From a virus, in the IMG/VR virus record IMGVR_UViG_3300045049_000070, positions 8,412 through 72,411 of that record: DNA of 64,000 nucleotides. One strand, 5' to 3'. This document shows positions 36,109 to 46,556 of the stretch, in pieces. The notes beneath the pieces were generated by a model. The model was not told the origin of the DNA. It did not search any database and saw nothing but the letters and a program-made list of their open reading frames with translations. How positions within the stretch are numbered: position 1 is the stretch's first letter; every line of letters begins with the position of its first letter. A program made the position numbers and the translations under genes.

Positions 36109-39100
36109 GTGTCAGAGCTTTTAGGTAAGCGCTATCGTCCAGATGTTTGGACGTCCAAGAATGACTACGGCTTGTCCCTCCCTATCGATGCGGACTGGAA
36201 CGACAAGCCTCAGCGTGTGATGCTAGTTATCGAGACGATCGACAGTCAAGACCTTACGGAAGGTAGACTGCTCCACGAACGAGCACGCACGGTAGTCCAT
36301 AACCTCATTCAGTATTCTTGTATTCAGGCGAAGCACGAGTTTGGTTTCAAGCGTAAAGACTGTGCATTTGCCACTGTTAACTTCAATTCGTATAAGTTCT
36401 TTGACCAGCCGAAAGAAACTTGGCCAGGACATCGCCGTAAGATGGCGAAGCGTGTCTGGGAAATTATTGCCCAAAAGAAACCGACTCATGTGATTGTGTT
36501 CGGCGATTGGGCAATGAAGGCTATGATGCCCGGCACTGATTGGCTGGAAAAGAAGCGCGGATGGGTGTTTGATGCTGATGCGCATGGGCATCCAGTTAAG
36601 ATCACTGGCACGTTGGACTTACAGCCACTATACTCGACTCGTAAGGAAGATACAAACAACGATGACGATGAAGGTGAAGAAGGTGACGTCTTCGGTAAGG
36701 CGAATCTGCTCTACTACGTCAGCCGCAACGTCATCAACGCACTCGCTGGTCGCAACCTCTACGATCTGAGCCACATCAAGCCCAATCCGGTGGTGGTCGA
36801 CACTATCGAGAAGTTCGATAAGCTCTTCAAGAAACTGACTTCTAAGGAAGTGGTAGCAGTAGACACCGAAACCAAGAACGGTTCGGTTAACCACAACGCG
36901 ATCCACACAATTCAGTTTGCCTTTAATGAAGATAAAGGCTACCTGCTACCAATAGATCACCCACAAACTCCCTTCTCTAAAGAGGAGCGCAAGTACATAA
37001 AGAAGAAGTTGCGTAAATTCTTCGGTGCGGAGAGGGGTGCTATCCCACTGAAGTATCTAATCACACAGTATGGTATCTTCGACCTACGTGTGTTGCGTGT
37101 GGAACTCGGTTTGCCAATCATCTGGCATCGTGTGTGGGAGATCACAGCCGGCGAATGGTGCTTGGATGAGAATCTCAAATACTTGGCAGGGCAACCGTTC
37201 AATACACCACAAGGTGGATTGGAACAGATCTTCATGGTCTACGGCAATGGCCATTACAAGACTGCTCCGTTTGGTAAGGGTGATCGTGCTAACCCCGAGT
37301 TGACAAAGCTGACCAATCCAGACTTCATCGACTATGGTGTGCTAGACGTACAATCTATCTTCGGTATCCACTTGATGCAGATCAAGAGGGCATCAAAACT
37401 AAAGGTTGGGGACAAGGAGTTCACTCCGTTTTACAAACGTTTGGTACTACGACAGTTCTCAAACACTGTGCATGTGCTGTCTCACATGAAACAGAACGGA
37501 AGCACTGTAGACAAGGAATACCTGCAACTGCTTATTTCTAAAGACAGTCCGTTGCTGGAGCTGATCAGGAAAGCAAAGGCGGATCTACTTAAATACCCAC
37601 AGGTACAGAAGGCGAACCGTGTTCTGTTGGCAGAATCGAGTGGACAACAATCTCACAAGGGACTGTTCAATCGCATTCAAACAGTATTCAGATGGAATAA
37701 GTCTCAACACTTGAAGACACTATTCTTCGGCATAATGAAGCTGAAGCCAGTGTCATTCTCGAAGAAGACAAAACTGCCATCTACTGACAAGTTCTTCATC
37801 AAGGCCTATCAGGATGAACATGAGCTTGTGAAGAAGTTCGGCGAATATCAGAAGCTGACAAAACTCTATTCCACATATGTGAAGGGATGGTGGAAAGTCC
37901 TGTCGAAGAACATCGACAGTCTGGCTGACTTCAAGTTGCGTCCAGACTATGGTTTCTTCTTGGTGGTAACAGGTCGTCTAAATTCGAGCAAGCCATCACT
38001 TCAGCAGGTACCAGCGCGTGGGGAAGTAGCGAAGTATATCAAGCGAATGTTCATCGCACGCGCAGGTCTGTTACTAATCAAATTCGACTATAGCGCACAC
38101 GAGATTAGATGCTGGTCTTACGTGTCAGGCGACGAAGTGCTGGCCGAACTGTTCAAGATAGGCCAGCGACTACGTAAGAAATTCCGTAAGGATCCAGATG
38201 CTGAAAAGGCAAAGGAGCTTAAGACCAAGGGTGATATTCACATCATCAACGCGTTCCACTTTTTTGCGCGCTGGATTGACAAGTCTGATCCACTTCGTGA
38301 TGCTATCAAACAGATCGTGTTCGGTGTGGTATACGGTAAGGGCGTGAAGGCGTTAGCTCGAGATATCAAGCAGACAGAAGAGCTTGCTCAAGAAATTATG
38401 GACAAGCTGTTTGCCAAGTATCCTAAAGCGACAAAGTGGTTGCATTGGTCTATGAACCACGCAATGGACTTTTTGTATACATATAGTCCTCTAGGAATGC
38501 GACGTAACCTGTTTGGCGTAATGACCGGAGTGAAGAGCATAGTTAGCGCTATGCGTCGCCGTGCAGCAAATAGTCCAATTCAGGGATTCGCGAGCCAGAT
38601 CGGTGTTACCACCGCTCGTTTGATTACCGAAGAGCTGTACAGAACTTTGATGCATTTCGGGTACATGGACCGTAAAACTCGCGTGATGCCCGCTGACATC
38701 ACCAAGGCCATTCACGATGCACTTCATACGGAAGCCCCATACGAAATCGTTTTGATCGTGCTACACGTTATTCAGTATACAGCTACATATGGAGTTGCCA
38801 AGTGGTATAAGGACAACTATGGCGTAGACATGCTTGTCGAACCTGAGATCGAGATGGAAATTGGCGCTTCAGAAGACAAGATGTACAAATGGGATTGGAC
38901 CCAAAAGAAATGGGATAAGAGCGAGAAGCCTAGTGCATCTTCTCTGAAAGAGATCTTAGAGCAAGCAGTGAAAGACCAAGCGAAACTTGGCTTCTGCAAA
39001 GACCCTGAACTTGCTCTTGAGAAGATCTGGGAGCCTTACCGGAAACCTGAAGTCAAGCAATATCTGCTGACCAATTATCCAATCTTGGGCATGAGACCCA

Positions 39101-39117
39101 AAGCATCTAAGGAGTGA
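36109..39117 (+). CDS. polA: family A DNA polymerase with 3'-5' exonuclease and UDG-like N-terminal domain
   Basis: VAVDTET exo I; TGRLNS; motif A DYSAHEIR; motif B K.IVFG..YG; motif C IHDA. Confidence 0.93.
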   Translation: MSELLGKRYRPDVWTSKNDYGLSLPIDADWNDKPQRVMLVIETIDSQDLTEGRLLHERARTVVHNLIQYSCIQAKHEFGFKRKDCAFATVNFNSYKFFDQPKETWPGHRRKMAKRVWEIIAQKKPTHVIVFGDWAMKAMMPGTDWLEKKRGWVFDADAHGHPVKITGTLDLQPLYSTRKEDTNNDDDEGEEGDVFGKANLLYYVSRNVINALAGRNLYDLSHIKPNPVVVDTIEKFDKLFKKLTSKEVVAVDTETKNGSVNHNAIHTIQFAFNEDKGYLLPIDHPQTPFSKEERKYIKKKLRKFFGAERGAIPLKYLITQYGIFDLRVLRVELGLPIIWHRVWEITAGEWCLDENLKYLAGQPFNTPQGGLEQIFMVYGNGHYKTAPFGKGDRANPELTKLTNPDFIDYGVLDVQSIFGIHLMQIKRASKLKVGDKEFTPFYKRLVLRQFSNTVHVLSHMKQNGSTVDKEYLQLLISKDSPLLELIRKAKADLLKYPQVQKANRVLLAESSGQQSHKGLFNRIQTVFRWNKSQHLKTLFFGIMKLKPVSFSKKTKLPSTDKFFIKAYQDEHELVKKFGEYQKLTKLYSTYVKGWWKVLSKNIDSLADFKLRPDYGFFLVVTGRLNSSKPSLQQVPARGEVAKYIKRMFIARAGLLLIKFDYSAHEIRCWSYVSGDEVLAELFKIGQRLRKKFRKDPDAEKAKELKTKGDIHIINAFHFFARWIDKSDPLRDAIKQIVFGVVYGKGVKALARDIKQTEELAQEIMDKLFAKYPKATKWLHWSMNHAMDFLYTYSPLGMRRNLFGVMTGVKSIVSAMRRRAANSPIQGFASQIGVTTARLITEELYRTLMHFGYMDRKTRVMPADITKAIHDALHTEAPYEIVLIVLHVIQYTATYGVAKWYKDNYGVDMLVEPEIEMEIGASEDKMYKWDWTQKKWDKSEKPSASSLKEILEQAVKDQAKLGFCKDPELALEKIWEPYRKPEVKQYLLTNYPILGMRPKASKE

Positions 39118-40280
39118 CACGCGTGAAGGCAATTCGTAACTGGTTCTCGAAGACATTCGGCAACAATCAAATGTCTGCGGATCATGAACCAGTGTCCATA
39201 GATCGTAGGGTAAAGGTTCTCTTTATCCTCAAATTCCGTGAAGTGGAAGACAAAGACTGCGGTGTTTACAGTGTTCCTGGATTCAGCTCGGGTTTGTTCA
39301 ACTCTGCTCGTATGGTCAGTAGTATGTTGGCCCTGGAAACAGATGGACGATTCGAGTCAAAATTGGTTCATGTGGTAGACAACAACGACATTGATCGAGA
39401 AGTCACAAAATACGCAGCAGACGTAGTGATTATTGAAGCATTCTGGGTAGTGCCGGAAAAGTTCGAGATCCTGCAGAAGCTGCACCCTAAAGTGAAGTGG
39501 ATTATCCGTAATCACAGTAACGTACCGTTCTTGGCGCAAGAAGGTGTGATCATGCGATGGATCGGAGAGTACATCAAATTCGACAACGTCTACGTAGGCA
39601 CTAATACGAAGGAATCTCTGCACGATTTACGGGAAGCAATGACCGCAACCGTCGGTCATTTCTTTGCGCACCGAAAGGTACTGTACTTTCCGAACTATTA
39701 CAAGAATGAAACGCCTGCTATCGATTGGGAGTCTAAATGGCGTGAAGTTGGTGAACTACACATTGGATGCTTCGGTGCTATTAGGCCGCTGAAGAACCAT
39801 CTAGTTCAAGCAGTGGCAGCCATCAAGGTAGCACGCCAGTTGAATAAGGAACTCTACTTCCATGTGAACGCCGGCCGCTATGAAACTGGTGGTCTTCCTG
39901 TAATGCACAACTTACGTGGCTTATTTGACCATCAGTCGAGAGCTAATCTTGTTGAGCATAAGTGGATGAAGCATCAAGACTTCTTAAAGCTGGTTGGCTC
40001 GATGGATGTTGCAATGCAGGTATCTTTGTCAGAGACGTTTAACATTGTAACAGCCGATGCTGTGATGATGAACGTTCCTGTGATAGTAAGTCCAGAAGTC
40101 TTCTGGGTGAACGATCGTTATTACGCACATCCAAACAACGCAAACGAGATAGCAGAGCGCCTGATGCGCGTTCTACTCGAAGAGAAGGACCGTCACTCAA
40201 TAAACAAACATCACTTGACGGTCTACAATAGTGAGAGCAAGGACGCCATTCTAGAGACATTACACGAGGTGTATCAATGA
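39114..40280 (+). CDS. GT-B glycosyltransferase (family 4-like)
   Basis: GCFGAIRPLKNH, SLSETFNIV.ADA..VPVI. Confidence 0.85.
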   Translation: MTRVKAIRNWFSKTFGNNQMSADHEPVSIDRRVKVLFILKFREVEDKDCGVYSVPGFSSGLFNSARMVSSMLALETDGRFESKLVHVVDNNDIDREVTKYAADVVIIEAFWVVPEKFEILQKLHPKVKWIIRNHSNVPFLAQEGVIMRWIGEYIKFDNVYVGTNTKESLHDLREAMTATVGHFFAHRKVLYFPNYYKNETPAIDWESKWREVGELHIGCFGAIRPLKNHLVQAVAAIKVARQLNKELYFHVNAGRYETGGLPVMHNLRGLFDHQSRANLVEHKWMKHQDFLKLVGSMDVAMQVSLSETFNIVTADAVMMNVPVIVSPEVFWVNDRYYAHPNNANEIAERLMRVLLEEKDRHSINKHHLTVYNSESKDAILETLHEVYQ

Positions 40281-41200
40281 AAAAAGCATATTGGATGCGT
40301 GACAATCATACGTTCAGGCCAATTCCATTAGATATGGAAGAAGCCATTGAAGTAATTCGTGAAGAGTTCACTGAAAGTTGGGCAGGTACGCTGTGTAGTA
40401 AAGTAGCAGGAACCAAAATGTTGCATGGGACGAATACCGAGTTTACGGCTTTCGAACCATTGGCACGGAAATGGTTACAGAACTACTACGATTTGATTCA
40501 AAAAGAACCGGAACCTGCGTGGGTAGGGTGCAGTGAGTGTGACTGTACTTTTTCCTGCTACGACGGGAAAGCTCGCTGCATTCGTTTAGAGCCAATTAGA
40601 ACCCCGGACGACGAACAAGGGGGCTACCAGACTGAGAGACAGACACAGAAGATTGGGGTCGATACACCGCTCGATCAGCTGACTGACTTCCAGAAAGGCG
40701 CAAGAGCCATGTTTGATGTATTACACGTCAGAGCCGCTAACAACTGGCATCCGCGCTATATGGATAGTTGCGATAAGGAAAACAAGTTGATCCAGGAATG
40801 GGCAACGGATGCATTAGGTGAAGTTGATCCAAATTCACTGGACGAATGGAAGACTGCAGACCAAATGTTCACAGATGGCGTGCGATTGGGTAAAGCACAA
40901 GCGTATGCGGAGAAGACGAATACGGTTATCGTTCGTGAATTCCAAGAAATGAACATTGCAATCTACATGGGTGTCATCAGTTCGATATTCATGTCGTTTG
41001 GATGCGTAGGAATGTACAGGGGAGCTGGCTGGACAACTCCTACATTCGTTCTTATAGCCTTTAACCTAGTGCTACTGATGTGCACCGGAATCGTATTCGC
41101 TCAACAACGATCATTAAGACGCGTGCAAAAGAATGGATTCTATCCACCGGCTCCACTACCTCCATCACGTCCTCCTGAAGGATGGTCACCAAAGATGTGA
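40277..41200 (+). CDS. composite hypothetical protein with C-terminal TM helices
   Basis: Cys cluster; two C-terminal hydrophobic segments. Confidence 0.7.
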   Translation: MKKAYWMRDNHTFRPIPLDMEEAIEVIREEFTESWAGTLCSKVAGTKMLHGTNTEFTAFEPLARKWLQNYYDLIQKEPEPAWVGCSECDCTFSCYDGKARCIRLEPIRTPDDEQGGYQTERQTQKIGVDTPLDQLTDFQKGARAMFDVLHVRAANNWHPRYMDSCDKENKLIQEWATDALGEVDPNSLDEWKTADQMFTDGVRLGKAQAYAEKTNTVIVREFQEMNIAIYMGVISSIFMSFGCVGMYRGAGWTTPTFVLIAFNLVLLMCTGIVFAQQRSLRRVQKNGFYPPAPLPPSRPPEGWSPKM

Positions 41201-41207
41201 GGGTAAC

Positions 41208-41399
41208 ATGGAGTTCATCTACTGCCATCTATACAACGTCAACACTGAGAGGAGTATTTGCAAGGCACAGTTCAGAGCGATCCCACTACGTGGGGATCTT
41301 ATCTGGGATCAGAATACTTCTCGTCGTTTCCGTGTAGTAGAGATCGAACACTACACTGGAGGAGATGTCATCATACACGTTAAACAGGAGAGAGAATGA
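41208..41399 (+). CDS. hypothetical protein
   Basis: GAGGG RBS; stop overlaps next start. Confidence 0.6.
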   Translation: MEFIYCHLYNVNTERSICKAQFRAIPLRGDLIWDQNTSRRFRVVEIEHYTGGDVIIHVKQERE

Positions 41400-41869
41400 A
41401 CTACGAATGTCATATCACTGTCAATACTGCAGATGCCAAGAAGGCCACAAAGATTGCAGAAGAACAGCACTGGAAAACTAGTGAGATCGCGCGCGATCCA
41501 GTGCTTGGTGATAAGAATTTCTTCTATCTGACTACACATACCAATAGTTATGCATTGATGTTATCGCGAATGTCGCGTTGTGCAGAAGCGTTGAGATCCT
41601 GGGACGTTGAAGTAATTCGTGAGAAAATCGAGCTTATCATCCACGACACTAAGACCAATCGCATTGCGTGTGCAAGTGATGTTTTAGAATCAGAATCAAT
41701 GGTTGCCATTAAGACGAAAACTCAAAGGCCGACAGTACGTTTCGTAAAACAATGCGAGCAGCATAGTGGCATGCCGTTCAAAGCATTTGCGTCATATTCT
41801 GGATCATATCTGACAGAATCATATTGCCCAAATTGTGAAGAGTCTGCTGACAATGTCCGCCCTAGATAG
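41396..41869 (+). CDS. hypothetical protein
   Basis: AGGAG RBS; YECHITV..REKIE pattern; C-terminal CxxC. Confidence 0.7.
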   Translation: MNYECHITVNTADAKKATKIAEEQHWKTSEIARDPVLGDKNFFYLTTHTNSYALMLSRMSRCAEALRSWDVEVIREKIELIIHDTKTNRIACASDVLESESMVAIKTKTQRPTVRFVKQCEQHSGMPFKAFASYSGSYLTESYCPNCEESADNVRPR

Positions 41870-42581
41870 TGAAATCCATGGTGGTCTGTTGGTAAATATT
41901 CTGAACCTAGATAGGATGGAACCAATAACTTTTCCATTCGATGATAGTGTTCCGACCAACGGTGTAAATACAAAGCGCGGTAACCAGATCAAGGAATATG
42001 ATCCAACTACAGTCAATCCTTTTGATTACTGGCACAGTAGCAGAAACGCATCAAAGCAGAATATCTTTGTTGTAGAGCGCGGAATCACTGTAGAAGGTAG
42101 AATGGTAGGACACGAGGCTGATCGTGTTCTAAGGCATACTCTTCATCATGTAGTTACGATGAACGAGGGAACTAGACGCGAAGAACGTCAGGATATGTTA
42201 GAACAGGTGACTAGTGCAGTGATGCCAAACCTATCTAGTCCGGCAATGATAAGCATGGAGATGCAATCTAGCCAGCCAAAGTTCTTGTTGATTTCTAGAG
42301 AGATTCCTATCTATATAAACGTATTCTGCGACGAAGCATGCATGTTATTGGTCTGGTCGAATGAAAAGCAAATCGAAAGTCGCATGCGCGAGCATTATGG
42401 CAATCGATTCGTTGTCTACAGAATGCCCCCGATTGTAAATAGCGTGTGTGTTGTACAGACATATTTCTTGCGTAAACGCATTAAGCGATGGCGAAATGAA
42501 ATGCGCGGTGATAATTTGAGGCTTCTAAATGCGTTAGAAGGATTCATATTTAGACGCGCAAAGCAGGATGATAGAGAATGA
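41853..42581 (+). CDS. hypothetical protein
   Basis: long ORF in operon. Confidence 0.7.
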   Translation: MSALDSEIHGGLLVNILNLDRMEPITFPFDDSVPTNGVNTKRGNQIKEYDPTTVNPFDYWHSSRNASKQNIFVVERGITVEGRMVGHEADRVLRHTLHHVVTMNEGTRREERQDMLEQVTSAVMPNLSSPAMISMEMQSSQPKFLLISREIPIYINVFCDEACMLLVWSNEKQIESRMREHYGNRFVVYRMPPIVNSVCVVQTYFLRKRIKRWRNEMRGDNLRLLNALEGFIFRRAKQDDRE

Positions 42582-42793
42582 GTTACAGGCAACAGTTAGA
42601 AAGTATCTTTACTGATATAGAATTAAACGTACTCGAACAGATGGTCTCATTCGAATCTTCTACGGATACTGGATCAGATCATGTGAATAGCATGTCAGCA
42701 GCCGAGAAACGTGCCAGGATTTCTATTCTAGATAAGATCAATGGAAAACAAAATATCCGGCAGTCAACAACTACGCCACCGAGCAAGTTGTAA
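42578..42793 (+). CDS. hypothetical protein
   Basis: ATGA coupling. Confidence 0.6.
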   Translation: MSYRQQLESIFTDIELNVLEQMVSFESSTDTGSDHVNSMSAAEKRARISILDKINGKQNIRQSTTTPPSKL

Positions 42794-42795
42794 AT
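42789..42795 (+). promoter_or_regulatory. candidate promoter TGTAAAT
   Basis: recurrent motif, upstream of SSB-like gene. Confidence 0.4.
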
Positions 42796-42839
42796 GAAGC
42801 CCATGTGCAACAGGCATAAACCAGAAGGAAAGGAAATAG

Positions 42840-44063
42840 GTGACTAGAGCCCGCTTTAGAACTGAGCGGACGTTTGAAGACACGCAGAACTTCTCCAAAG
42901 AACCAAGAGCCGAAGACATCGTAGATGTTCTGAAGTATCCACCAAAAGATTGGCTTACTGTTAGAGCAGTAGGTCCAGTAGTGGCAAATGGTGGACATTG
43001 GGTAAATACGGAGCCTCCTGCAAAGGACAAGAAGACGAAAGCCTTCTATGTTCCTTGTCTTGCGTTCGATCCAAAAACAGAAGAACGAGATAGCACCAAA
43101 TATTGTGCGTGGTGCGCTGATACAAGCGGTTGGGTTCGTCCTGCTCTCGACTACTGGCAGAACTTCATTGTGCGTGAACTGGAAGAGAACATGCCTGCGA
43201 AGTTGAAAGAGCCAACGAAGAAGGAACGGAAAACTGGCTTCAAGGAAAAGGGCAGCAACTCCTGGACTCCTTGCAAAGCTGGTCGTATTACACCCGGCTT
43301 CATGCGTGACTTGAAGAAGTCAGCGTCTCTTAATCGTCACAAAAACAAAGACGGAGAGAAGAAGGCATATGCTCTGAGCCATGTTAAGTGCGGTGTAGAT
43401 CTGGAAATCATGTATGACCCGGATGAAGCACCAGCCAAGAAGTATTCGCTGCAGAAGGGTGAGAAGCGCACGCCGCTTACAGAAGAACAGCAAGAATATC
43501 TATTGCAGCCCATCGAGAATCTTAACATTACGTTTAAGGCAGAAGCTGAAGCAGATGGCGATGAAGAAAAACTTGCCAAATTGCTAAAAGCACTCGAAAA
43601 GAAGTGGACGTCTGAGCACGAAGGTTGGCTCAAGCGTATGAAGAAGAAATGGAAGTCCAAGTTCGGATCAGAGGGTGACGACGAGGACGATGACGATGAT
43701 GACGATGATGAGGACGATGATGATCGTCCTAAGGGTAAAGGCAAGAAGGGTAAGAAGTCTGCAGGCAAGAAATCTAGTCGAGACGAAGACGATGACGACG
43801 ATTCCGACGAGGATGATGACGACAACGAATTCGACTCAGACAAGAAGTCTTCAAAGAAGTCCAAGAAGTCAAAGCATCGTGATGATGAAGACGATGACGA
43901 AGATGACGATGAAGATTCCGACGACGATGACGACGAAGATGAGGACGACGAGCCCAAGTCTAAGAAGAAGTCGAAGAAGGGCAAAAAGTCCAAGAAGTCA
44001 CGTGACGACGATGATGACGAGGACGAAGATGACGATGATGACGACGAAGACGATGATGACTGA
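42840..44063 (+). CDS. putative ssDNA-binding protein (gp32-like) with D/K block tail
   Basis: HWV..C...C..C N-domain, G.DL.I.Y motif, long acidic tail, located upstream of recA. Confidence 0.6.
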   Translation: MTRARFRTERTFEDTQNFSKEPRAEDIVDVLKYPPKDWLTVRAVGPVVANGGHWVNTEPPAKDKKTKAFYVPCLAFDPKTEERDSTKYCAWCADTSGWVRPALDYWQNFIVRELEENMPAKLKEPTKKERKTGFKEKGSNSWTPCKAGRITPGFMRDLKKSASLNRHKNKDGEKKAYALSHVKCGVDLEIMYDPDEAPAKKYSLQKGEKRTPLTEEQQEYLLQPIENLNITFKAEAEADGDEEKLAKLLKALEKKWTSEHEGWLKRMKKKWKSKFGSEGDDEDDDDDDDDEDDDDRPKGKGKKGKKSAGKKSSRDEDDDDDSDEDDDDNEFDSDKKSSKKSKKSKHRDDEDDDEDDDEDSDDDDDEDEDDEPKSKKKSKKGKKSKKSRDDDDDEDEDDDDDDEDDDD

Positions 44064-44124
44064 GTCGACAACCAATCAATCTGAAATTAACCACAATCAC
44101 GTAAACTCCGGAGTTTAACACCAA

Positions 44125-44616
44125 ATGGCAAAGATGGATAAAGCAGTCGCGAAGAAGTTTGAAGAAGTCGACGAGAAGCTGGAAGCTTTGAAGAAGGCTC
44201 TTGCTAAACTCGCAAAGGGTGGCAAGGCCGACAAGAAGGGTAAGGCGGATGACGACGAGGATGACGAAGACTTCGACCTCGACGAAGACGACGACGTAGA
44301 AGAGTCTGGAAAGAAGGGCAAGAAAGCCGCAAAGAAGGCAGCTAAAAAGGCTGGAAAGAAAGGCGGTAAGAAAGCCAAGGACGAAGACGATGACGACGAT
44401 TCCGACGAGGATGACGACGACTCTGATGATGACGAGGACGACGAGCCAAAAGGCAAGAAGGGTAAGAAGGCTGCCAAGAAAGCTGCTAAGAAGGGTGGCA
44501 AGAAGGGCAAAAAGTCTGATGACGACGATGACGATGACGACGATTCCGACGAGGATGACGACGGAGACGACGATGATGACGACTCCGATGATGACTTCGA
44601 CGATGACGACGAGTAA
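44125..44616 (+). CDS. low-complexity D/K/A/G polyampholyte protein
   Basis: short coiled coil, then alternating GKKGKKAAKKAAKK and poly-D blocks; GGAG RBS. Confidence 0.75.
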   Translation: MAKMDKAVAKKFEEVDEKLEALKKALAKLAKGGKADKKGKADDDEDDEDFDLDEDDDVEESGKKGKKAAKKAAKKAGKKGGKKAKDEDDDDDSDEDDDDSDDDEDDEPKGKKGKKAAKKAAKKGGKKGKKSDDDDDDDDDSDEDDDGDDDDDDSDDDFDDDDE

Positions 44617-44642
44617 TCTTAATCACCTAGGCTGATTAGAAT

Positions 44643-44682
44643 CGGGGCCTGCCTGCTGTGCGCGGGTATGGCCCCGTTTTTC
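44643..44682 (+). terminator. intrinsic terminator
   Basis: CGGGGCC...GGCCCCG followed by TTTTT. Confidence 0.8.
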
Positions 44683-44716
44683 TTGGTAGATTCAAACAAT
44701 CTAGTGTAGGACAAGC

Positions 44717-46369
44717 ATGGCAACAAAGGTCAAGGGCAGCAAAAAGGGTAAGACTGAGGATAAAGCAAAACGCCGTAAGCTAAAAGAACGCGAACGTGCG
44801 GCGAAGGCGAAGTCGAAGGCCAAAGCAAAGAAGAAGGGTGGCCGCACTGAAGCCCTTGAAGAAGGTGAAGAGATTGAGCCAGCAAAAGGCCAACGTGGAA
44901 AGAAGGTCAAGGAACACGCCGATGAGCCAGAAGCGCGAAAACTCGCTTATGGAAAAGGTATCAAAGCACCGGCTGAGATCCCGGGTCTAGACATTGATGA
45001 TGTTCTAAACACTATTGAAAAGAAGACAGGCCTGTCTTCTACTGGCATGGGTGGGGAAGGTGACACACGTATGTCTACCGGACTGCTGATGCTTGACCTC
45101 ATTTCTGGTGGCGGTATCACAGCCGGATGGTATACGACGTTTGGTGAAGAGCAGTCATGTAAGTCAACTCTGGCTATGGCGCTATCCGCATTTGCTGTAA
45201 CACAGGATGTGCCAATAATCGCATATGCCGATTTTGAGGGCTCCACTACTCCTAACTATGTTCAGAACATCCTGAACACGATGGGTGTTAAAGCTACTGT
45301 TGAAGATGTGTTCGGCGTCAAGGACAGGATGGGCAACTATGTGAAACGCCCCCGCATTCGTTACCTGCCCTGCGATACGGCAGAACAGTTCTTCGATTAC
45401 TTGGCAATGTTAGAACGCACGTTGCCTGATAAGGTTTTTGAAGCTGGTGAATGGTGGTATGTCTACGAAAACACCAATGAGAATCGTAAGAAACTGGCGA
45501 AGACTGGGCACGAATACGACAAGAAACGTTTCTCCAAATACAACAAATTCTATGTACCAGCTGAGAACGGTGGGCTGCAAGCACTTCTGATTACAGACTC
45601 CTATCCTGCTATGCTGCCAGAACGCCTAGACGTCGATGAGCCGGGCGCCGGTCTGGCGGCAGTTGCACGTATGTTTGCCGAACAGCTTCCACGAGTGAAG
45701 GGCAAGATGCGTAAGAAGCGCATTGCCGTTATCGGTGTCAACCAATTGCGTGATGTTCCGATGGCGAAGTACGGTCCGCCAAAGAAGCAGGCTGCAGGTA
45801 ATGCAGTGCGTTTCTATTCTGATGTTCGTTTTCAAAACACTGCTCGTGCTTTGTCTGCTATCAGTGATGCTAGACCATCTAAAGATAGTCCGTACGAAGT
45901 TGAGAACAGTGTGGAGTACGAAGGCAAAGACTACTACCGCTACATCGACGTTCGTGGAGAAAAGAACAAATTCAGTCAGCCTAATCTCAGATGCTGGTTG
46001 CGCCTATGGGTAGAAGACGGCAACGGTAACGCACGCGGTTTTGATCCAGTTTGGGACACTTATGAATATCTGCGTGCCACTGGTCAAATGATCGGTAGTC
46101 GTAAAAAGAAGCTCCAGATGAAACTGGAAGGTAACGAAGCACGAAAACCCATCGAGTGGGAAGACTTCAAGACCCTCATACTTGGTGAGAAGAAAGAGAT
46201 TGCAGCCATCTGTAAGAAGATTGGCATGAAGCCTTGCTTTGTGCGTAAAGTCTGTTTCCGTCAGATGGAAAAGAAAAAAGGCATCGATATGTACTTCGAG
46301 CAACGCCGTAAGAAGGCGATGGCGAAGGGTAGCGATGACGATGATGAAACTGGTGGAGATGATGAGTAA
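44717..46369 (+). CDS. recA: RecA/UvsX-like recombinase with basic N-extension
   Basis: STG...LD..GGG, GEEQSCKST Walker A, ITDS, VNQLR, GNAVRFYSDVR. Confidence 0.9.
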   Translation: MATKVKGSKKGKTEDKAKRRKLKERERAAKAKSKAKAKKKGGRTEALEEGEEIEPAKGQRGKKVKEHADEPEARKLAYGKGIKAPAEIPGLDIDDVLNTIEKKTGLSSTGMGGEGDTRMSTGLLMLDLISGGGITAGWYTTFGEEQSCKSTLAMALSAFAVTQDVPIIAYADFEGSTTPNYVQNILNTMGVKATVEDVFGVKDRMGNYVKRPRIRYLPCDTAEQFFDYLAMLERTLPDKVFEAGEWWYVYENTNENRKKLAKTGHEYDKKRFSKYNKFYVPAENGGLQALLITDSYPAMLPERLDVDEPGAGLAAVARMFAEQLPRVKGKMRKKRIAVIGVNQLRDVPMAKYGPPKKQAAGNAVRFYSDVRFQNTARALSAISDARPSKDSPYEVENSVEYEGKDYYRYIDVRGEKNKFSQPNLRCWLRLWVEDGNGNARGFDPVWDTYEYLRATGQMIGSRKKKLQMKLEGNEARKPIEWEDFKTLILGEKKEIAAICKKIGMKPCFVRKVCFRQMEKKKGIDMYFEQRRKKAMAKGSDDDDETGGDDE

Positions 46370-46556
46370 TACACTACGATTCAAGGAAGAAGATTTCCCA
46401 AAGGTAAAACGTATGATGGATCAGGCAGGTGTCTACGGCACGTACTTCTTCCAGAACGGTAGCGTAGACGTTACTTACACGCCGGAAAGCCTAGCACAGT
46501 TCGCTCGCTTTAAGAGGGGAGCACAAGAAGATGCCAAACGGCAAACGCTCCACTAA
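46362..46556 (+). CDS. hypothetical protein
   Basis: GGAG RBS; overlaps recA stop. Confidence 0.55.
   Translation: MSNTLRFKEEDFPKVKRMMDQAGVYGTYFFQNGSVDVTYTPESLAQFARFKRGAQEDAKRQTLH

Noticed and set aside
28589-39117. Inteins in the large helicase or polymerase
   Set aside because: No intein splice-junction or LAGLIDADG motifs were recognised, and the catalytic motifs are normally spaced.
43337-44510. Poly-Ser antisense ORFs and the Thr/Met-rich alternative-frame ORFs
   Set aside because: These are shadows of the GAC/GAT/AAG low-complexity codons of the D/K proteins, with no independent support.
43676-44616. Repeated GACGAY units as a CRISPR array or tandem-repeat element
   Set aside because: They are in-frame codon repeats with no constant-length repeat-spacer structure.
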